Shown here piece by piece: positions 59,301 through 64,000 of a DNA stretch of 64,000 bases. How positions within the stretch are numbered: the stretch's first letter is position 1; each line of letters begins with the position of its first letter. The DNA is taken from NCBI GenBank assembly GCA_035936415.1, contig DASYWD010000015.1, forward strand, positions 156 through 64,155, given 5' to 3'. A model generated the notes under the pieces. It searched no databases. It was not told where the DNA came from and saw only the letters and a program-made list of their open reading frames with translations. This stretch comes from Longimicrobiaceae bacterium. GTDB taxonomy: Bacteria > Gemmatimonadota > Gemmatimonadetes > Longimicrobiales > Longimicrobiaceae. The position numbers and the translations under genes are program-made.

Positions 59301-59856
59301 CGAAGATGGCGGCCTTCACCTCCAGGATGTCCTGCGAGGTCTCGACCAGGAGCACGTCCACCCCGCCCTCGATCAGCGCCGCGGCCTGCTCCGCGAAGAC
59401 GGGGACCAGCTCGTCGAAGGTGACGTTGCCCAGCGTCGGATCGCTCGCGGAGGGAAGGAACCCGGAGGGGCCGATGGAGCCGGCGACGAAGCGCGGCCGC
59501 TCCGGCGTGGCGAAGCGGTCGGCCACCCCCCGCGCCAGCCGCGCCGCGGCGACGTTGATCTCCCGCACCCGCTCGGAGAGGCCGTACTCGCCCAGGGTGA
59601 TGCGGTTGGAGCGGAAGGTGTCCGTCTCCAGCACGTCGGCCCCCGCCTCCATGTACGAGGCGTGGATCTCCTCGATGACCCGGGGCTTTGCGACGACCAG
59701 GTAGTCGTTGCATCCCTCCAGCGCCTCGCCGCCGAAGTCGTCGGCCGTGAGGTCGTACTGCTGGATGGAGGTGCCCATGGCGCCGTCGAAGACGAGGACG
59801 CGCTGCTGCAGGGCCTGGAGGTACGGGGACTGCGTGGTTGGCATGTGCTTTGGCAT
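56377..59856 (-). CDS. metH: Cobalamin-dependent methionine synthase MetH
   Basis: All modules are present: Hcy-binding (VFDGAMGTSIQ...GGCCGTTPDH), pterin-binding, B12-binding DVHDIGK (DxHxxG), AdoMet activation domain (RYSWGYPACPD). Start is ATG 59856 or 59844. Confidence 0.95.
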   Translation of the reverse strand: MPKHMPTTQSPYLQALQQRVLVFDGAMGTSIQQYDLTADDFGGEALEGCNDYLVVAKPRVIEEIHASYMEAGADVLETDTFRSNRITLGEYGLSERVREINVAAARLARGVADRFATPERPRFVAGSIGPSGFLPSASDPTLGNVTFDELVPVFAEQAAALIEGGVDVLLVETSQDILEVKAAIFGCRRAVAEAGRPVALQVQVTLDTSGRMLLGTDIGAAMVTLEALRVDVIGLNCSTGPEHMRQPIRFLAENSRLPISVIPNAGIPHNEGGVAVYPMTPEPFAAQLEEFVRELGVGVVGGCCGTTPDHIRQLVARVGGAEPVRREVAYVPRLSSGIRATDLVQVPAPTMIGERVNSQGSRKVKRLLLADDYDGILDVAREQTESGAHVLDVCVALTERQDEDAQMRTVVKLLSQGVEAPLCIDSTEAPTIEAALEQSPGRAVVNSINLENGRERIDSVLPAVAAHGAAVIALTIDRDLGGMCKTADDKLTAARKIYDIATGEFGLQPDALIFDALTFTLATGDEEFRHSAVETIEGIRAIKAELPGVLTTLGVSNVSFGLAPHARAVLNSVFLHHCVEAGLDTAIINPAHVKPYFEIPDEERRLADDLIWDRRTEAHDPLAAFIAFYEGKSADTDSAVDPTAEMEPEAALHWKILHRKKEGIEELIDRAVERNGAVPVLNEVLLPAMKEVGDKFGAGELILPFVLQSAEVMKKAVARLENYLEKAEGQTKGKVVLATVYGDVHDIGKSLVNTILTNNGYTVFDLGKQVPVNTILEKAEEVGADAIGLSALLVSTSKQMPLCAQELHRRGMEYPLLVGGAAINPSFVRGAAMVDEGTPYGSGMFYCKDAFEGLATMDRLVAGDAAEFVRAHNEEMLRRSEQYAANKAKAAGLRPASRQNPAVPVIDAPAPPFWGWKVLDRIPVDDVVECIDRNTLYRMQWGARNLKGEEWERIVREDFEPRLARYTREARTQGWLRPRAVYGYFPAGRDGDDVVVFDAQDRTREIGRFTFPRQEDREQLCLADYFRPLNGSGPEDVIALQVVTSGDRAAEFIEERNRGGDYSEGYFLHGFSVQTAEGTAELVNRRVRAELGIDEPRGLRYSWGYPACPDVEQHETLFRILPVEEAIGVGLTSAFQLDPEQSTAALVVHHPAAKYFSTS

Positions 59857-59861
59857 ATACG

Positions 59862-59891
59862 AAAAAGCCCCGCGACTATGGAGTGCGGGGC
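59862..59891 (-). terminator. Terminator-like hairpin plus U5, 5 nt upstream of the metH start codon (candidate attenuator)
   Basis: The minus strand reads GCCCCGC-ACUCCAUAGUC-GCGGGGC UUUUU CGUAU AUG. Confidence 0.5.
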
Positions 59892-59930
59892 GCTGCGTAC
59901 CGGGTGCGGTCCAGCCGGTTCGGTCCCGAC

Positions 59931-59959
59931 ACTTTAGCGTTTTTTTTAGGTGGTCGCAA
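59931..59959 (-). promoter_or_regulatory. Sigma-70-like promoter candidate for metH
   Basis: The minus strand reads TTGCGA - 17 nt (contains A8) - TAAAGT. Would give a leader of about 70 nt containing the hairpin above. Confidence 0.4.
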
Positions 59960-60186
59960 GCGGTCGCGCTCAAATCCATCCACCGTGCTCGAACGGCACG
60001 GGAAGAAGCTATACAGGAGCCGTAAAGCGCGCAAGGGCACCGTTCATCCGAATATCCGGATACATGGGTGCAAGGATGTCCACGAAGATGCTTGCCTGCC
60101 GCATGGGCTGGAGGTGACTCCAGAACCGGTCGCGCCGTCATTCCCCGGTATGCAGAGGCTTTTCGGACCACCACGGAACCCGACCG

Positions 60187-60582
60187 ATGAAGAACCCGAC
60201 CCGCTTCGCGGCCCTGGCGGCGCTCGTGCCGCTCCTCGCCGCATGCCCGCGCAACCCCTTCGAAGACACGGTCTGCACGATGGAGGCCCGGCCCGCGCTG
60301 CACGTTCTGGTGAGCGACGCCCGGACCGGGGCGCCGGCGACCGGCTACACGGTGGTCGCCCGGGCCGGCTCCTTCGCCGACTCGGCCACGGTGCCGGAGG
60401 CTCCCGCCCACTGGGACCCCGCCTCGGGCGTCAGCCTGGCGCACGAGCACGCGGGGCGCTACGAGGTGACCGTGCGGAAGGCGGGCTATGCCGAGTGGCG
60501 GAAGTCGGGGGTGGAGGTGACCCGCGACGAGTGCCACGTGCGCACCGTGCGCCTGGAGGCACGGCTGCAGCCTGCGCTGTAG
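60187..60582 (+). CDS. Small Cys-containing lipoprotein (131 aa), first of a tandem paralog pair
   Basis: Lipobox LLAAC. Shares C..NPF..VVCT..ARP...AHE.AG.YEV.VRK.GY..W...GV.V..DECHVRTVRL.A.LQP with the next gene. Confidence 0.65.
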   Translation: MKNPTRFAALAALVPLLAACPRNPFEDTVCTMEARPALHVLVSDARTGAPATGYTVVARAGSFADSATVPEAPAHWDPASGVSLAHEHAGRYEVTVRKAGYAEWRKSGVEVTRDECHVRTVRLEARLQPAL

Positions 60583-60642
60583 CGGGCGGCCGGGCCGGCT
60601 CGTCCTCGACCCGACCGCCGCCATCCACTCGAACCAGAAGAA

Positions 60643-61026
60643 ATGATGCGAACCCCTGGAATGCTGGCGATTGCCGCCATGCCGCTGCTCGCGGCCTGCA
60701 CCGGGAACCCCTTTGGGGGCGTGGTCTGCACGGACGACGCCCGGCCCGGGGTGATAGTGCAGCTGCGCCAGGCCCCGGACGGCTCGGAGCTCTCCGGACC
60801 GGCGACGGTCATCGTACGCGACGGCACCTACGCCGACACGGCGCACGTGCCAGCCGGAATGTCCTCGGCCGGGCTCGCGCACGAGCGGGCCGGGGTGTAT
60901 GAAGTCGTGGTGCGGAAGTTCGGGTACACCGACTGGAAGCGGGCCGGCGTCGCGGTGGAAGACGGCGAGTGCCACGTGCGGACGGTGCGCCTCCGCGCGG
61001 ATCTGCAGCCTACGCCGCAGGGGTGA
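60643..61026 (+). CDS. Small Cys-containing lipoprotein (127 aa), second paralog
   Basis: Lipobox LLAAC. Conserved blocks are collinear with the upstream gene. Confidence 0.65.
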   Translation: MMRTPGMLAIAAMPLLAACTGNPFGGVVCTDDARPGVIVQLRQAPDGSELSGPATVIVRDGTYADTAHVPAGMSSAGLAHERAGVYEVVVRKFGYTDWKRAGVAVEDGECHVRTVRLRADLQPTPQG

Positions 61027-61057
61027 CCCGGGGGGTCGTGGCGCGGCTCCGGAGGAG

Positions 61058-62398
61058 CTACCGCCCGCTCCCCACGAGCGCCTCCACTTCCTCGACGGCC
61101 ACGGGCACGCCGCGCGTGGTGACCTCGTGCCCGTCCGCGGTGACGATCACGTCGTCCTCGATGCGGACTCCGACGCCCCGCAGCTCGGCCGGGGCGTCCT
61201 CCGCGTCCGCCGGGACGTAGATCCCCGGCTCCACCGTGAGCACCATCCCCGCCTCCAGCAGGATCGGCTCGCCGCCCGCGCGGCGGTAGGGTCCCACGTC
61301 GTGCACGTCCAGGCCCAGCCAGTGGGAGGTCTGGTGCGGGTAGAAGCGGCGGTACGCCTGCGTGTCGACCAGCTCGTCCACGGCGCCCGACAGGAGGCCC
61401 AGCTCCACCATTCCCCGGGTGAGCACCCGCACGGCGGCGTCGTGCACCTCCAGCACGGAAGCACCCGGGCGGACGGCGGTGATCCCGGCCCCCTCCGCCT
61501 CCAGCACGACTTCGTACACGGCGCGCTGCGCGGCGGTGAAGCGGCCCGACACCGGGAAGGTGCGGGTGATGTCGCCCGCGTACATCCGCAGCTCCGCCCC
61601 GGCGTCGATCAGCACCAGCTCGCCGGCCCGGGCGCGGCGGTCGTTGGAGACGTGGTGGAGCACGGTGGCGTTGGGCCCGGAGCCCACGATGGAGGGGTAG
61701 GCCGGGCCGGCGCCTCCCCCGGCGCGGAAGCACGCCTCCAGCACGCTTTCCAGCTCCCACTCTCCCACCCCGGGCCGCGCGGCGCGCATGGCGGAGCGGT
61801 GTGCCTCCGCGGAAAGGGCGGCCGCGCGCCGCAGCAGCTCCAGCTCCGCGGGCTCCTTCACCAGCCGCATCTCCGCCAGGAGCGTGTCCGGGTCGCGCAC
61901 CACGAGCGGCCCCTTCCCCGAGCGCGGGCGCGTCCTGCGGAAACCGGAGACCAGTGCCGTGATCCGCCGGTCCATCTCGGCGCCGGAGCCCAGTGCGTAC
62001 ACCACCTCCTCCGCGGGCTCCAGCAGCCCCTTCAGGTGCTCGTCCAGCGCCTCCAGCGGGTACGCCGCGTCGGCGCCGAAGCGCTCAAGGGCCCCCTCCA
62101 CTCCCTGGCGCGGCCCGCTCCACACCTCGCGCTCCGGGTGCCGCGGGCGCACGAAGAGGGTGAAGCGCCGCTCCGGGTCGTGCGGGGTCAGGACGGCGAC
62201 CGCCTCCGGCTCCGGGAAGCCGGTGAGATAGAAGAAGTCGCTGTCCTGCCGGAAGCGCACCTCGGTGTCGCGCGACTTGTACTTCTCCGGGGCGGCCCCG
62301 AGCACCGTGACCGCGCCCCCCGCGCGCTCCAGGTAGCGCTCGCGGCGGGCGCGGAAGGCTTCCGGGGGGAAGCAGGGGAAGTCGGGGCCGTCGTGCAT
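61058..62398 (-). CDS. pepP: Xaa-Pro aminopeptidase PepP (M24B)
   Basis: ATG at 62398. FRQDSDFFYLTGF N-domain; metal ligands in LIDAGAE..GDITRT, HWLGLDVHD, EPGIY, VRIEDDV. Confidence 0.9.
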   Translation of the reverse strand: MHDGPDFPCFPPEAFRARRERYLERAGGAVTVLGAAPEKYKSRDTEVRFRQDSDFFYLTGFPEPEAVAVLTPHDPERRFTLFVRPRHPEREVWSGPRQGVEGALERFGADAAYPLEALDEHLKGLLEPAEEVVYALGSGAEMDRRITALVSGFRRTRPRSGKGPLVVRDPDTLLAEMRLVKEPAELELLRRAAALSAEAHRSAMRAARPGVGEWELESVLEACFRAGGGAGPAYPSIVGSGPNATVLHHVSNDRRARAGELVLIDAGAELRMYAGDITRTFPVSGRFTAAQRAVYEVVLEAEGAGITAVRPGASVLEVHDAAVRVLTRGMVELGLLSGAVDELVDTQAYRRFYPHQTSHWLGLDVHDVGPYRRAGGEPILLEAGMVLTVEPGIYVPADAEDAPAELRGVGVRIEDDVIVTADGHEVTTRGVPVAVEEVEALVGSGR

Positions 62399-62436
62399 GC
62401 TGGGGCAGTTCCGGGAAATCGGGCGGCGGCGGGCGC

Positions 62437-62715
62437 TCAGAGCGCCGCGCGGAGGGCCTCCTGCACGCGCGGGGCCAGCTCCCGCCAGGAAGCCTCCGGC
62501 GCCTTGGTGACCGTCACGAAGTCCGCGACGATGAAGACGCCCCGCACCCCCTCCAGCGCCAGGAGCGCCGCCGCGACGGGGTCGTCCGCGGCCGCCTCGG
62601 CCGAGTCGTACGACCGGCCGCGCCGCCCCTCCACCAGGGTGCGCCCCACGGTGAACTTCCCCGCGTTGGGGTTGGGCGTGGGTTCGAACGTCACCTTCAC
62701 TCTCGCCTTCGCCAT
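62437..62715 (-). CDS. Nfu/NifU N-terminal-domain (Nfu_N) protein, 92 aa
   Basis: ATG at 62715. FEPTPNPNAGKF motif and VRGVFIVADFVTVTK are typical of Nfu_N. Confidence 0.75.
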   Translation of the reverse strand: MAKARVKVTFEPTPNPNAGKFTVGRTLVEGRRGRSYDSAEAAADDPVAAALLALEGVRGVFIVADFVTVTKAPEASWRELAPRVQEALRAAL

Positions 62716-62875
62716 CTCGCCTCCCACCCGGGGCCCCCGCGCGCCGGGTGCGCGCGTCGGCGCAACGTAGGGGTGGGGCGCCGGCGGGGGCAAGCGGCGG
62801 CCGCGAGCACGGACTCGCCTGCGCAGTGCGGCCGAGGTATTGTAAGACACGCCAAAGACACCGGCCCCCTCTCCC

Positions 62876-63715
62876 GTGGAGGCGCCGTTTCGCACTTCGC
62901 ACTTCGCACTCACGCACTTCGACACGGATCTTGGACTCCGTGACCGCATCGCCGTCGTCATGGGCGGAAGCGCCGGCCTCGGGCGCGCGGTGGCGCTGGA
63001 GCTGGCGAGGGAGGGAGCCCGGGTCGCGGTGGTGGCGCGCGGCGAGGAGCGGCTGCGCCGCACCGCGGGAGAGATCGCAGGAGCGACGGGAGCGGAGGTG
63101 GTGGCGATCCCGGCCGACGTAACCGGGCCGGACGCGGCCGACCGCGTGGTCGCGGAGGTGGTGCAGCGGTGGGGGACGGTGCACGTGGCGCTGGCGAACG
63201 GCGGCGGCCCGCCGCCGACCACGTTCGAGACGACCACGGCGGAGCAGGTGGTGCAGGCCCTGGAGCTGAACCTCCTGAGCGCGGTGCGGCTGGCCAAGGC
63301 GGTGGTCCCGCACATGAAGGAGCAGCGCTGGGGCCGCTTCGTGGCGCTGACCTCCGCGTCGGTGAAGCAGCCGATGCCGGGGCTGCTCCTGTCCAACACC
63401 GCGCGCCCGGGGGTGGTGGGCTTCGTCAAGACGCTGGCGACCGAGATGGCGCCGTACGGGATCACCTGCAACGTGGTCGCGCCCGGGTTCTTCCGCACCG
63501 GGCGCGCGGAGGAGCTGGCCGCGATGCGGGCGGAGCGGGAAGGGCGGAGCGCGGAAGAGGTCGCGCGGGAGACCGCCGCGCGCGTCCCGGCGCGCAGGAT
63601 GGGGGAGCCGGAGGAGCTGGCGGCGCTGGTGGCCTTCCTGGCATCGGAGAGGGCCGCCTACCTGACGGGCGCAACCATCCAGGTGGACGGGGGGTACGTG
63701 GGGGGTCTCTTGTAG
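62876..63715 (+). CDS. SDR-family (FabG-like fold) protein with a substituted Tyr/Lys catalytic dyad
   Basis: GGSAGLGRAVALELAREGARV Rossmann motif, NGG, ITCNVVAPG. GTG 62876 is the only in-frame start upstream of the Rossmann strand, so the heptamer array falls inside codons 5-17. Confidence 0.8.
   Translation: MEAPFRTSHFALTHFDTDLGLRDRIAVVMGGSAGLGRAVALELAREGARVAVVARGEERLRRTAGEIAGATGAEVVAIPADVTGPDAADRVVAEVVQRWGTVHVALANGGGPPPTTFETTTAEQVVQALELNLLSAVRLAKAVVPHMKEQRWGRFVALTSASVKQPMPGLLLSNTARPGVVGFVKTLATEMAPYGITCNVVAPGFFRTGRAEELAAMRAEREGRSAEEVARETAARVPARRMGEPEELAALVAFLASERAAYLTGATIQVDGGYVGGLL
62889..62925 (+). repeat. Heptamer array TTCGCAC x3 + TCACGCAC + TTCGACAC at the 5' end of the SDR gene
   Basis: Three perfect tandem TTCGCAC units, then two 8-nt variants. 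Same orientation relative to the downstream gene as at tex and the acetyl-CoA synthetase gene. Confidence 0.75.
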
Positions 63716-63845
63716 GGGCAACCTCGCGCCGTTATAATAGTTGCACCGCAGCAGACACGCCCGCCGGGAGACCGGCGGCGCCCTCCGTCCCGCGCATGGA
63801 GCCCCCGCTCCCTGCGCGACGCCCCACGCACCCGTCGCCGAACGA

Positions 63846-64000
63846 ATGGTATCCCGCTACGCCCGCACGCTCCTCGCGCTCGCACTGCTCCCGGCAGCCG
63901 CGCCCCCCGCGCACGCCCAGGCGCCGCTCGCCGCCGTGGTCGCCATTGGCCCCGTGGGCGAGCCCGAGTGCGCCCGGATGGACTTCGCGGCGCTCCGCCG
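63846..64000 (+). CDS. 5' fragment of a secreted protein (continues beyond the window)
   Basis: ATG at 63846; MVSRYARTLLALALLPAAAPPAHAQAP signal peptide. Frame is open to the window end. Confidence 0.4.
   Translation, partial: MVSRYARTLLALALLPAAAPPAHAQAPLAAVVAIGPVGEPECARMDFAALR

Noticed and set aside
55705-59937. 1410-aa plus-strand ORF opposite metH. Similar long antisense ORFs are 28306-31623, 4941-7838, 10467-12932, 13875-16367, 16571-18601, 48459-50375, 53825-55876 and 60899-62770
   Set aside because: All are Arg/Gly/His/Pro-rich with no recognisable motifs. All lie exactly antisense to genes that carry strong family signatures.
60064-60117. Met-rich 17-codon mini-ORF (MGARMSTKMLACRMGWR) as a methionine attenuation leader peptide
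   Set aside because: It is on the plus strand, antisense to the metH leader, and has no SD. The ATG density is explained by the locally lower GC content.
59960-60186. Assigning the region upstream of metH to a cobalamin or SAM-I/IV riboswitch
   Set aside because: A GGGAA and a GCGGCAGGCAAGC stretch vaguely recall the B12 element. However, I found no B12 box (AGYCMGGAGACCKGCC-like), no GCCACTG, and no SAM-I GAGGGA or GCAACC cores. A plausible promoter at 59931-59959 would also exclude this region from the metH transcript. The class is left undetermined.

Overview
Very GC-rich 64-kb chromosomal segment from a diderm bacterium (it has a secretin and many lipoprotein signal peptides). I cannot assign a phylum from the sequence alone. 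I support about 60 protein-coding genes and one tRNA-Lys(UUU). I found no rRNA, CRISPR array, transposase or prophage signal.

Most long ORFs in the six-frame track are antisense or out-of-frame shadows of real genes, which is typical of high-GC DNA. Many listed ORF starts are too far upstream, so I re-derived starts by hand from start codons, Shine-Dalgarno (SD) motifs and 4-nt stop/start overlaps.

Gene content, in window order:
- purEK.
- A Bacillus-like topA-trmFO-xerC-hslV-hslU block.
- aroK and aroC.
- A type IV pilus (T4P) locus: pilMNOPQ plus a co-transcribed 594-aa lipoprotein; five minor-pilin/pseudopilin genes; a sigma-54 two-component pair.
- ADP-forming acetyl-CoA synthetase.
- A protein resembling archaeal-type D-aminoacyl-tRNA deacylase, next to an amidase.
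- tex and the ffh-rpsP-rimM-trmD-rplS-rnhB block.
- A GH5 glycosidase with Trp-rich C-terminal repeats.
- A same-strand cluster: LuxR-AAA regulator, PrcB-like lipoprotein, Big/HAF-repeat lipoprotein and a small secreted protein.
- metH, a small membrane protein, and a fused homocysteine-methyltransferase/MTHFR gene.
- pepP, an Nfu-like gene and an SDR gene.

The least explained signal is a family of tandem 7-nt repeats (TCGCACT and variants) at six intergenic or 5'-proximal loci. At three of them the array lies just upstream of, or over, the start of the downstream gene, in sense orientation.

Other items worth follow-up:
- The lipoprotein embedded between pilQ and aroC.
- A strongly SD-preceded 78-aa ORF heading the kinase/regulator operon.
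- A 41-aa membrane peptide coupled to the acetyl-CoA synthetase.
- A terminator-like hairpin directly abutting the metH start codon.
- Several long structured intergenic elements.

All functional calls come from motif recognition by eye. No database search was run.
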